From Gemmatimonadota bacterium (lineage in GTDB: Bacteria > Gemmatimonadota > Gemmatimonadetes > Longimicrobiales > Gaopeijiaceae), in the NCBI GenBank assembly GCA_034521595.1, contig JAXHMG010000001.1:32001-96000 (forward strand): a DNA stretch of 64,000 nucleotides, written 5' to 3'. This document shows positions 1 to 9,211 of the stretch, in pieces. A program made the position numbers and the translations under genes. Every line of letters starts with the position of its first letter. Within the stretch, counting starts at the first letter, position 1. The notes under the pieces are model-generated. The model was given only the letters and a program-made list of their open reading frames with translations, was not told where the DNA came from and made no database searches.

Positions 1-845
1 GGGTTCAGCCAGATAATCTCACTGCTGTCGACCCATACACCTCCGGCGGTGTCCTGCACCGCGAGGTCCGGACGCGCCTCGATGAGCAGCGGGTCCTTCA
101 CGATCACGATCCGCGCGACCGGATAGATGCCCTCCTCCTCGAGCCGCTCCAGGAGGCCCGGCAGGTCCCGGATGCGGATCTCCTCGGTCGCACCGATCTC
201 GTGCGCGAGAGACACCTCCGTGCGGTGGCTGACGTAGCCGCTCGCGTCCTTGATGTCGATGACGAAGGTGTTGACCTCGGTACGCTTGGCGAGATCGATG
301 AGGGCATCCACCCGGTTGGACGAGCCCGCGGCCCACGCGTTCAGATAGAGCCCGCGCATGGCGTCCGGATACGGGAAGCGCTCGGTGCCCCACTCCTCGA
401 CGCGCCGGCCGGGCTCCTCCGATCGGCTCGAGCCTTCGACATCGGACCGCGCCACCGCTTCCGAACCGTTGAAGCTCCCGTCGCCGGATGGGCCGGCGCT
501 CGTGGATGGCTCGTCACCGACGGACGGATTCGCACCACCCGACCCTCCCCTGGCCGCCTCGCTGTCCGCCTCGCGGGGTCCGCCGGCACCGCTCACCGTC
601 CCACCGGAGCGTTCCTCCGCCGCCGAGCCGTCTTCCACACCCGAGCTGTCGGCCTCGACTTCCCCATCGACCGCGACCCTGGACGAGGGCTCCGACTCTC
701 CGTTGTTCGACTCTCCGAACGCAGGGGGGCCGGCCTCGCACGCGAGGCCGGCGAACAGGAACAACAGCGCGGCGGCGGTCCCGTTCCGGGGACGGACCGT
801 CTCGGGTCGGGACCCGGAACCGAGAGGATGGGCCAGTCGGTGCAT
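1..845 (-). CDS. Putative glycoside hydrolase (DUF4015-like), probable lipoprotein; runs off the window edge
   Basis: Own translation from ATG 845: hydrophobic leader ending LAC, acidic low-complexity linker, then MRGLYLNAWAAG...EVNTFVIDIKDASG...GIYPVARIVIVKDP...WLNP. Absent from the ORF track because there is no stop in the window. Confidence 0.7.
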   Translation of the reverse strand, partial: MHRLAHPLGSGSRPETVRPRNGTAAALLFLFAGLACEAGPPAFGESNNGESEPSSRVAVDGEVEADSSGVEDGSAAEERSGGTVSGAGGPREADSEAARGGSGGANPSVGDEPSTSAGPSGDGSFNGSEAVARSDVEGSSRSEEPGRRVEEWGTERFPYPDAMRGLYLNAWAAGSSNRVDALIDLAKRTEVNTFVIDIKDASGYVSHRTEVSLAHEIGATEEIRIRDLPGLLERLEEEGIYPVARIVIVKDPLLIEARPDLAVQDTAGGVWVDSSEIIWLN

Positions 846-877
846 AGCGCGGCTCTTCGTCAATCGGGAAAGCGCGA

Positions 878-1219
878 TCAGTACGCGCGCAGGGAAGGGT
901 CGACGTCCGTACGCCACTGGAGCACGCCGCCACGCAGATTGAATACCTGTTCGTACCCTTTCTCCATGAGAAGCTTGGCGGCCCACTCGCTGCGCCCGCC
1001 GCTCCGACAATACAGCACCACGTCCCGGTCGGCATCGATCTCCGAGGTACGCTCGACGAGCTCGCCGGTGGGGATGCGCAGCTGACCGTGATCGGGGAGG
1101 TCCGCGATGTCTCTCTCGAAGTGCTCGCGCACGTCCACGAGCAGAGGAGCGTCCCCGGCATCGAGGCGAGCTTTCAGCTCTTCGGGTGTGATTTCCGGGA
1201 CTTCGATGGGTTCGGTCAT
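878..1219 (-). CDS. Rhodanese-like domain protein
   Basis: LLVDVREHFE and LYCRSGGRS active-site loop, NLRGG motif. Confidence 0.9.
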   Translation of the reverse strand: MTEPIEVPEITPEELKARLDAGDAPLLVDVREHFERDIADLPDHGQLRIPTGELVERTSEIDADRDVVLYCRSGGRSEWAAKLLMEKGYEQVFNLRGGVLQWRTDVDPSLRAY

Positions 1220-2526
1220 GGTCCGTCAAGGTGATCCATCAAGGAGGAGAGCTCGAGCGCCGTCCTTTGGGCGGCTCCACGGTGCTTTTCAATATACCCC
1301 CGGGCCTCGTCCGCCGCGTACCGTCTCGCGTCGGAGTCTTCCAGCCAGCGGGCGAGCGCATTCGCCGTTTCATCGCTGTCGGATACGACCACGGCGGCGC
1401 CCGCCTCCGCGAGCTCGGCCGCTGCCCTGGCGTTTCGGTGCCGTGGACCGAACACCACGGGGAGCCCCGCGGCGGCGGGTTCCAGCACCGAGTGGAGCCC
1501 GGCATCGTGGAAGCCGCCGCCGACGAATGCCAGATCACCCACGGCGTAGAGGTCCGCGAGCACTCCTACACGCTCGACGATGATGGCGTTCACTCCGCCG
1601 ACGATTCCGTCCGCTTCGACGTGGGCGAGTGTGCTCGGATGCCAACCTCGCTCCATGAACGCGCCGATGAGCGAGCCCACACGATCTTCGGTCGGCTCGT
1701 GCGGCGCCAGGACCACGCGGAGGCTCGGCAACCTCTCGCGGAGGGCATGGAGCGCAGGCATGAGGACGGCCTCGTCCGCGGGCCAGGTCGATCCGGCGAC
1801 CACCGTGGGCTTCGGATCGACGAGGAACGGAGCCAGATGGCCGGCCTCCGAGTCCGTGGCCCCGGCTCGCTCGGCGGACGCATCGATGCCTGGGTCTCCG
1901 GTCACCTCGATCGCCGACGGCGGCACGCCGAGATCGCGGAGCCGGCCGGCGTCGTCGTCCGAGCAGGCAAAGGCGCCCGACAGGGACTTCCACGTGCGTT
2001 CCAGCACGGAGCGCGCGGGCCACCTCAACCGCCCGGCCTCCGGAGGAACGGTTCCGGCCGCCAACACGACGGGAACCGCCCGCGCATGTGCGGCCGCGGC
2101 GAGCACGGGCCACACTTCCGTCTTGGTGAACACGAGCAGATCCGGGCGCACCGCGTCCAGCACCGGCCCGAGGAGCGGCTCCTGGTCCCAGGGGAGGTAG
2201 CCCGCGAAATCCGCACCGAACCGTTCGCCGAGCGGCTCCGCGGACGGCGAGAAGTAGGTGTACACCACCTGGAGGTTCGGATGGAGCGTGCGCAAGGCCT
2301 CCATGACCGCACGCGCCTGGAGTCCTTCACCGACGCTCGGCGCGTGAAACCAGGCCAGCGGCGCCTCGGGCCTCCGTCCGGCGTCGGCCCACCGCCGGAG
2401 CAGGTGGTGGGCGTCGCGCCGACCCGCCATCCCCCGCCCCAACTTGGAGTGGGTTCGCGCGAGCACGGGCGCCACCGCACGGGCGGCGGCCACCGCGAGT
2501 CTGTAGGGGGTCGGCACGGAATTCAT
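1216..2526 (-). CDS. waaA: 3-deoxy-D-manno-octulosonic acid (Kdo) transferase
   Basis: WFHAPSVGE, GYLPWD, TEVWP, VAGSTW, AFVGGGF..GLHSVLEPAA motifs. Confidence 0.9.
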   Translation of the reverse strand: MNSVPTPYRLAVAAARAVAPVLARTHSKLGRGMAGRRDAHHLLRRWADAGRRPEAPLAWFHAPSVGEGLQARAVMEALRTLHPNLQVVYTYFSPSAEPLGERFGADFAGYLPWDQEPLLGPVLDAVRPDLLVFTKTEVWPVLAAAAHARAVPVVLAAGTVPPEAGRLRWPARSVLERTWKSLSGAFACSDDDAGRLRDLGVPPSAIEVTGDPGIDASAERAGATDSEAGHLAPFLVDPKPTVVAGSTWPADEAVLMPALHALRERLPSLRVVLAPHEPTEDRVGSLIGAFMERGWHPSTLAHVEADGIVGGVNAIIVERVGVLADLYAVGDLAFVGGGFHDAGLHSVLEPAAAGLPVVFGPRHRNARAAAELAEAGAAVVVSDSDETANALARWLEDSDARRYAADEARGYIEKHRGAAQRTALELSSLMDHLDGP

Positions 2527-2573
2527 GGCACCCGAGGATAGGTACAGCGGAGCGCTGTCGGTAGATTGAGGGC

Positions 2574-2765
2574 ATGAATTTCAGCATCACGGTACGGTAT
2601 GGAGATCGCGCGCACCGCTATCACACCTTCGAGGTCGCGGCCGAAGACGCCCGCGCCGCGCTCGTGGCCGCCGCCAAGGAGATCCCCGACGAGATCGCGC
2701 CCCTGGCGGACCTCGTGGAGCTCCGCGTCTCGGTCGACCCGGAAGAGCGGAACTACCTCGAGTAG
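2574..2765 (+). CDS. Small hypothetical protein (63 aa)
   Basis: GAGGG upstream of ATG, GC3-biased codons, co-oriented with the next gene. Confidence 0.6.
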   Translation: MNFSITVRYGDRAHRYHTFEVAAEDARAALVAAAKEIPDEIAPLADLVELRVSVDPEERNYLE

Positions 2766-2795
2766 CGTGCGGACGGCGCGGAAGGCGAAAGCGAC

Positions 2796-3872
2796 GTGCG
2801 TCGCCGACTGATCCTGGCCCTGGGAGGGCTCGCGCTCGTCGCGAGCTGCGTGGCCTGCTCGCCGGTCTACGTGATCAAGGCGGGGCTCGCCGAGATGCGG
2901 ATCCTCCGCGCGCGCCAGCCCATCCACCGGGTCCTCAACGACAGCACGACGGACCCGGAGGTCAGAGGAAAGCTGGCCTATGTGCTCGAGGCACGCCGGT
3001 TCGCGGCCGAACGGCTGGGCATCGATGTCGGGGACTCCTACACCATGTACACCGAGCTCGACAGCGACACGCTGGCGTTGGTCCTCTCCGCGGCGCAGCG
3101 CGACCGCCTTCGGGCGAAGACGTGGTGGTTCCCGATCGTCGGCCGCGTCCCCTACAAGGGTTTCTTCTCCGAAGCGGACGCGCGCAGCGAGATGGCCTCG
3201 CTCGAAGCGGAGGGGTACGACACGTACCTCCGCCCCACCGCCGCATTCAGCACTCTCGGGTGGTTCAACGACCCCATCCTCTCGTCGGTGTTGCGCGCGG
3301 ATGACGTCGAAGTGGTCGAAACCGTCCTTCACGAGCTCGCGCACCAACACCTCTTCGTGCCGGGCCGCGTCGGGTTCAACGAGAGCTTCGCGACGTTCGT
3401 GGGACGGGTCGCGGCGGCCCGTTTTTTTTGCACGCGGGAGGGTGGCGGGTCCGACACGGTGCGGTGTCACCGCGCCGAAGCCCGTTGGCGCGACTACCAG
3501 CGGTTCAGCGTGTTCATCGACGGCATGGTCGAGGAGCTCGAGGCAATCTACGAAAGCCCGGACCTCGAGACCGCCGAGAAGGTGGAGCGGCGAGAGAACG
3601 TCTTCTCGCGAGCGCTCCGTCGGTTCGACGAAGAAGTCCAACCTTCGTTCGAGCAGCTCACGTTCCAGGGGTTCCGCGACACGCCGCTCAACAACGCCAC
3701 CCTGCTCGCGCGCATCCGGTATTTCCATCGGCTGCCCGACTTCGCCGCCTACCTGGACGATCGGGAGGGCGACCTTGCCCGCGCGCTCCGCGACCTGAAA
3801 GCCGGTGTCGAAACAGCAGACGACCCGTTCGAGCTCCTTCCGACGGGCTCCGGGGAACTCTCCGCGTTCTGA
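2796..3872 (+). CDS. Putative zinc aminopeptidase lipoprotein (DUF2265-like)
   Basis: Signal peptide with Cys, WWFPIVGRVPYKGFF, AFSTLGWFNDP, HELAH zinc motif, FNESFATFV. Confidence 0.85.
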   Translation: MRRRLILALGGLALVASCVACSPVYVIKAGLAEMRILRARQPIHRVLNDSTTDPEVRGKLAYVLEARRFAAERLGIDVGDSYTMYTELDSDTLALVLSAAQRDRLRAKTWWFPIVGRVPYKGFFSEADARSEMASLEAEGYDTYLRPTAAFSTLGWFNDPILSSVLRADDVEVVETVLHELAHQHLFVPGRVGFNESFATFVGRVAAARFFCTREGGGSDTVRCHRAEARWRDYQRFSVFIDGMVEELEAIYESPDLETAEKVERRENVFSRALRRFDEEVQPSFEQLTFQGFRDTPLNNATLLARIRYFHRLPDFAAYLDDREGDLARALRDLKAGVETADDPFELLPTGSGELSAF

Positions 3873-3947
3873 TCGTGTCAGGGCCCGTGAGGGGACACGA
3901 CCCGAGCGCGTGACCCCACCGACACACTCGAGCGAGGAGGACATCCG

Positions 3948-4763
3948 ATGACATCCCCTTCCCCTGAGCCGGATACGAACGCCGCGCCCGCTTCGGTGCC
4001 CGACGTCGACCTCGACACTCTCCGCTGCGCGATTCAGGAGGAGTACGAAGCCGTGGCCGCCAACCCGGACCAGGGCTTTCACTTCCACACAGGGCGCCCG
4101 CTCGCGAGGATCCTCGAATATCAGGAGTCCTGGATGGACGGGATTCCCGAGCCCGCCATCGAGTCGTTCGCGGGGACCGGTAATCCGTTCAGCCTCGGCT
4201 CGCTCGAGCCGGGTGAGCGGGTGGTCGATATCGGGTGCGGCGCGGGCATCGATTCGCTCATCGCGGCCAAGATGGTCGGCACCTCGGGAGAGACGGTCGG
4301 TGTCGACATGACCCCGGCGATGCTCTCCAAGGCACGCGACTCGGCCGAGCGGATGGGCCTCGGAAACGTGCGGTTCCGTGAAGGCTTCGGCGAGGAGCTG
4401 CCCGTCGAGGACGGCTGGGCGGACGTCATCATCTCGAACGGCGTGCTGAATCTGATGCCCGACAAGCCCGCCGCCCTTCGGGAGATGGCGCGCGCGCTGC
4501 GGCCCGGTGGGCGCCTGCAGATCGCGGACATCGCCGTCCGCAAGCCGGTCTCCGAGGGCGCGAAGCGAAAGATCGAGCTCTGGACCGGGTGAATCGCGGG
4601 AGCTCTTCTCGAGGAAGAGCTCCAGGCCACGGTCGTGGCCAACGGGTTCACCGATTTCGAGATCACCTGGAGGAAAGACGTCTTCTCCGGCGCCCCTCAG
4701 CAGTCGAGCGCGGAGAAGTTCGGCACGCTCGGAATCAACTTCAGGGCGCGCAGAGCCGGCTGA
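3948..4763 (+). CDS. ArsM-like SAM-dependent methyltransferase, probable selenoprotein (in-frame UGA 4590-4592)
   Basis: VVDIGCGAGID and DVIISNGVLNL motifs. The frame continues past TGA as WTG-U-IAGALLEEEL...GINFRARRAG to a stop at 4761-4763; a hairpin follows the UGA. Confidence 0.8.
4599..4623 (+). promoter_or_regulatory. Candidate bacterial SECIS hairpin
   Basis: GGAGCTCTTC-TCGAG-GAAGAGCTCC, a perfect 10-bp stem starting 6 nt after the UGA. Confidence 0.6.
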
Positions 4764-4782
4764 GCCTTCACTCGGGTGCCGG

Positions 4783-6531
4783 TCAGATCCGGGCCTGGAC
4801 CGTGTACAGCTCGTGGTAACGGCCCCGCCGTGCCATGAGCTCGTCGTGACGTCCCCATTCGACGATGCGGCCGTCTTCCACCACGAGGATGAGGTCCGCC
4901 CGCTGAATCGTGGACAGCCGGTGCGCGATGACCAGCGTGGTCCGGCCCTTGAGCAGCGATCCCAGGCTCTTCTGGATCAACGATTCGCTCTCGGTGTCGA
5001 GGCTCGACGTCGCCTCGTCCAGGAGCAGGATGCGAGGATCGGCGAGGATGGCCCGTCCGATCGTCACGCGCTGGCGCTGGCCACCGGAAAGCTTGACGCC
5101 ACGCTCCCCGATGAGGGTGTCCAACCCGTCCGCGAACCGGTCCGTGAACTCGGTCACGTACGCCATGCTCGCCGCGTCCTCGACCTCGGCGTCGGTGGCG
5201 GTGGGCCGGGCGAACCGGAGGTTCTCGCGGATCGTGCCGTCGAACAGGAAGTCGTCCTGGAAGACCAGGCCGAGCTGCTCCCGGTAGGACGCCAGGCTCA
5301 CCCGGCGGAGGTCCACGCCGTCCACGAGCACCCGGCCCTCGATCGGCTCGAGGAAGGACGCGGCCAGCCCCGCGATGGTCGATTTGCCCGAGCCCGAGCT
5401 TCCCACGAGGGCCACGACGGAGCCCGGATCGGCCTCGAACGAGATGCCGTGCAGCACGGGCTTGCCCGGCTCGTAGGCGAAGTGGACGTCCTCGAACCGG
5501 AGGTGTCCTTCGACGCGCGGCATCGTCTCGGTCCGGAGCGGATCGTCGTCCTCCTGAGGCCAGCCGAGCAGCTCCGCGGTCCGATCGAGCCCGGCGAACG
5601 CCTCCGTCATCTGCGTTCCGATGTTCGAGATCTGGACCACGGGAGCGATCAGGAAGCCCAGGAACAGCGTGAACGAGAAGAGCTCGCCCAGCGTGAGCTG
5701 ATCGAGGAGGACGAGCCGGCCACCGTATCCCATGATCAGCACGCTCGCGAGCCCCATGAAGAACGTCCCCAGGCTCGTCACCGCGCTCGACGTCTTCAGG
5801 GTGGTCTTCACGTTGTCGAAGATCCGCAGCACCCCCTCGTAGAAGACCTCGGCTTCCTTCTCGAGCGCGTGGAATCCCTTGATCACCCGGATGCCGCCGA
5901 GCGCCTCGGTCAGACGTCCCGTCACGTCCGCGCGGATCTTGCCACGCTCCCGGAAGGCGGGACGGAGGGTGCTGAACGCCTTGGACGACACCCAACCGAA
6001 CGCGAGCAGCGGGAAGATCGCGAGGATGGTCATGATCGGGTCGATGTTGATGAGGAAGCCGAGCGCGACGACCGCGGTCACGCCCCCTCCGACGAGCTGC
6101 ACGAGGCCCGTGCCCACCAGATTCCGCACGCCCTCCACGTCGTCCATGATTCGCGACACCAGCTCTCCGGACTTCGTATTATCGAAGACCCGAACCGGAA
6201 GCCCGAGGACGTGCTGCTGCACCTGCGCACGCAGGTTCGCGATGAGATGCTGGGCCTCGACGCTCAACAGCATGGTCAGCGCGTACGAGGTCGCCGCCTG
6301 GACGGTCACCGCCAGCGCCACCAGACCGAGCAGTTGGTAGAGCAACGCGCCGTCGCCACCGGCGATCACGTCGTCGACCAGATATTTCGTCGAAGCCGGG
6401 AGCACGAGCCCGCTCAAGCGGTTCGCCAGGATGAGCACCAGGCCGAGGAAGACGAGCTTCCTCCTCGGCCAGATGATCTCGTGAAATGCGTGCCGGAGGC
6501 TGGCCCCGGAGATCTTCTTCTTCTCTGACAT
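4783..6531 (-). CDS. ABC exporter, fused permease/ATPase (MsbA-like family)
   Basis: N-terminal TM domain, Walker A GSSGSGKST, LSGGQRQR, LLLDEATSSLD, IAHRLST. Confidence 0.92.
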   Translation of the reverse strand: MSEKKKISGASLRHAFHEIIWPRRKLVFLGLVLILANRLSGLVLPASTKYLVDDVIAGGDGALLYQLLGLVALAVTVQAATSYALTMLLSVEAQHLIANLRAQVQQHVLGLPVRVFDNTKSGELVSRIMDDVEGVRNLVGTGLVQLVGGGVTAVVALGFLINIDPIMTILAIFPLLAFGWVSSKAFSTLRPAFRERGKIRADVTGRLTEALGGIRVIKGFHALEKEAEVFYEGVLRIFDNVKTTLKTSSAVTSLGTFFMGLASVLIMGYGGRLVLLDQLTLGELFSFTLFLGFLIAPVVQISNIGTQMTEAFAGLDRTAELLGWPQEDDDPLRTETMPRVEGHLRFEDVHFAYEPGKPVLHGISFEADPGSVVALVGSSGSGKSTIAGLAASFLEPIEGRVLVDGVDLRRVSLASYREQLGLVFQDDFLFDGTIRENLRFARPTATDAEVEDAASMAYVTEFTDRFADGLDTLIGERGVKLSGGQRQRVTIGRAILADPRILLLDEATSSLDTESESLIQKSLGSLLKGRTTLVIAHRLSTIQRADLILVVEDGRIVEWGRHDELMARRGRYHELYTVQARI

Positions 6532-6754
6532 CGACTTGGAAACAGGGAGCGGATGGGGCCAAGGCGGGACACATACCCGCCAGCCGCAAGATCGGTGCCC
6601 TCGGGGTGCCGTCCGGGAATCGGCCGGACGGTCGGGACTCGCACCCTTGGGTACCTCGCCCGTGCCGTATAGGTTAGCGGTTCTTTGCGAGAACCCGATG
6701 GCCCTCCCACTGCCGATCGGGTCTCCCGCTATTCAGGGAAGTCCCCGTCGAGCC

Positions 6755-9211
6755 ATGGCCAACCAGGAACAGGACGGCTACCAGCCGTCCACGATCGAAG
6801 AGAAGTGGCAACGCCGCTGGGAGGAACGCGGAACCAACGCGTTCACCACGGATGAGCTCCGCTCCGCCGACCAGCCCTTCTACAACCTCATGATGTTCCC
6901 CTACCCCTCCGCGGAGGGGCTGCACGTGGGCAACATCTACGCGTTCACGGGCGCGGACGTTTACGGGCGATACCAGCGGCTCCGGGGCCGGACGGTGTTC
7001 GAGCCGATCGGCTTCGACGCCTTCGGGATCCACTCGGAAAACTTCGCGCTCAAGGTCGGCACGCATCCGATGGACCTGATTCCATCGAACGTGGCGAACT
7101 TCACTCGCCAGCTTCGCCGTATCGGCGGGATGTTCGACTGGACCCACACCGTCGACACCACCGACCCGGCCTACTACGAGTGGACGCAGTGGATCTTCCT
7201 TCAGCTCTACGAAGCGGGCCTCGCTGAACGCAAAGAAGCACCGGTCAACTGGTGCCCGTCGTGCATGACGGTCCTCGCCAACGAGCAAGTCGGGGCCGGC
7301 GCGTGCGAGCGCTGTGGCACGCCGGTCGAGCAACGCCGCATCGCACAGTGGTTCTTCAAGATCACCGAATACGCGGAGCGGCTTCTCGACAACCTCGAGG
7401 AGCTCGACTGGTCCGAGACGACCCGCAAGGCACAGGCCAACTGGATCGGACGGAGCGAGGGCGCGCAGCTCCACTTCCCCGTGCTCGACGAACAGGGCGC
7501 GAACACGGACGATACGGTCGAGGTATACACGACCCGCCCCGACACGATCTTCGGCGCCACCTACATGGTCCTCGCTCCGGAGCACCCGCTGGTCGATGCC
7601 GTGACGCGCGCCGGACAAGCCGGAGCCGTCGACGCGTACCGGGTGCAGGCACGGAAGAAGGACCTGGTCGCCCGTCAGAAGGACGACCGAACCAAGACCG
7701 GCGTCTTCACGGGCGGCTACTGTCGCAACCCCGCCACCGGACGAGCCGTGCCGGTCTGGGTGGCCGACTACGTGCTCATGGACTACGGGACCGGAGCCAT
7801 CATGGCCGTTCCGGGCCATGACGAGCGCGACTTCGAGTTCGCACGGACCTTCGACCTCCCCATCGTGCGCGTCGTCGCCGGCCCGGACGAGAACGCGGAC
7901 ACGCCGCTCGAAGAGGCGTACGTCGGCCCCGGGCGACTGGTGAACTCCGGGGAGCTCGACGGCACGGACGTGTCCGAGTCGGTGTCCGTGGCGACCGAGT
8001 GGGCCGCGAAGCAGGGATGGGCCGAGGCGCGCGTGCAGTACCGCCTACACGACTGGTGCATCTCCCGCCAGCGCTATTGGGGACCGCCGATCCCGATCGT
8101 GCATTGCCCTTCGTGCGGTGCCGTGCCCGTCCCCGAGGACGAGCTACCGGTCGTGCTGCCGAGAGTCGAGGACTTCAAGCCGGACGACACCGGCGTCAGC
8201 CCGATGGCCCGCGTGGAGTCGTGGTACGAGACCTCCTGTCCCGCCTGCGGAGGCGACGCTCGCCGCGAGACCGACGTCTCCGACACCTTCCTCGACTCGA
8301 GCTGGTACTTCCTCCGGTACCCGTCGACCGACTTCGACGACCGACCGTTCGACCCGGAGATCACGAAGCAGTGGCTGCCGGTGGACACCTACATCGGCGG
8401 CAACGAGCACGCGGTGCTCCACCTCATGTACGCCCGCTTCATCACGATGGTGTTGAAGGACCTCGGACACATCGATTTCGAGGAGCCGTTCACCCAGTTC
8501 CGCGCCCATGGGCTGATCATCGCCGAGGGCGCGAAGATGTCGAAGAGCAAGGGCAACGTGATCGTGCCGGATCCGATCATCGAGGAGTACGGAGCCGACA
8601 CGTTCCGCACGTACCTGATGTTCCTCGGCCCGTTCGAAGAGGGCGGAGACTATCGCGCCGAGGGCATCCAGGGACCGCACGGCTTCCTGCACCGCATGTG
8701 GGACACGGCCGTCTCCGCGGATCCGAGCGCCCCTCCCGACCCGGAGGTCGAGCGCAAGGTCCATCAGACGATCAAGCAGGTCTCGGAGCAAATCCCGGAG
8801 CTGGGATACAACACCGCGATCGCCGCGCTCATGGAGTGCCTGAACTCCGTGCGCGCCGGCGGCCGCACCGCCGCGCGCGCCGAGGTCGAGCCCCTCGTGG
8901 TCATGGTCGCGCCCTTCGCGCCCCACATGGCCGAGGAGCTCTGGGAGCAGCTCGGACACGAGGAGAGCATCTTCGACGGCGCCCACTGGCCGAGCTACGA
9001 CGACGCCAAGCTCGCCGAGGACACCGTCACGGTGGCGGTGCAGGTGAACGGCAAGCTACGCGGCTCCATCGACGTGCCGAAGGACGCTCCGGAGCCCGAC
9101 GTCGTCGCGGCGGCCCGCGGTGACGAGAACGTGGCGCGCCATCTGGAAGGGGCAGCCGAGCGGCGCGTGATCTACGTGAAAGAACGTCTCATAAACTTCG
9201 TGGTGGAATGA
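6755..9211 (+). CDS. leuS: Leucine--tRNA ligase
   Basis: MFPYPSAEGLHVGN (HIGH), TTRPDT editing domain, DWCISRQRYWG, KMSKS. Start placed at ATG 6755. Confidence 0.97.
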   Translation: MANQEQDGYQPSTIEEKWQRRWEERGTNAFTTDELRSADQPFYNLMMFPYPSAEGLHVGNIYAFTGADVYGRYQRLRGRTVFEPIGFDAFGIHSENFALKVGTHPMDLIPSNVANFTRQLRRIGGMFDWTHTVDTTDPAYYEWTQWIFLQLYEAGLAERKEAPVNWCPSCMTVLANEQVGAGACERCGTPVEQRRIAQWFFKITEYAERLLDNLEELDWSETTRKAQANWIGRSEGAQLHFPVLDEQGANTDDTVEVYTTRPDTIFGATYMVLAPEHPLVDAVTRAGQAGAVDAYRVQARKKDLVARQKDDRTKTGVFTGGYCRNPATGRAVPVWVADYVLMDYGTGAIMAVPGHDERDFEFARTFDLPIVRVVAGPDENADTPLEEAYVGPGRLVNSGELDGTDVSESVSVATEWAAKQGWAEARVQYRLHDWCISRQRYWGPPIPIVHCPSCGAVPVPEDELPVVLPRVEDFKPDDTGVSPMARVESWYETSCPACGGDARRETDVSDTFLDSSWYFLRYPSTDFDDRPFDPEITKQWLPVDTYIGGNEHAVLHLMYARFITMVLKDLGHIDFEEPFTQFRAHGLIIAEGAKMSKSKGNVIVPDPIIEEYGADTFRTYLMFLGPFEEGGDYRAEGIQGPHGFLHRMWDTAVSADPSAPPDPEVERKVHQTIKQVSEQIPELGYNTAIAALMECLNSVRAGGRTAARAEVEPLVVMVAPFAPHMAEELWEQLGHEESIFDGAHWPSYDDAKLAEDTVTVAVQVNGKLRGSIDVPKDAPEPDVVAAARGDENVARHLEGAAERRVIYVKERLINFVVE

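Noticed and set aside
4507-6528. Long antisense or alternative-frame ORFs (also 1231-2541, 30995-33049, 41694-43742, 53653-56061, 62395-63858)
   Set aside because: Shadow ORFs of real genes in high-GC DNA, with no recognisable motifs.
6670-6754. T-box or Leu attenuator upstream of leuS
   Set aside because: Some hairpin potential, but no T-box motif, no U-tract terminator and no Leu-run uORF.
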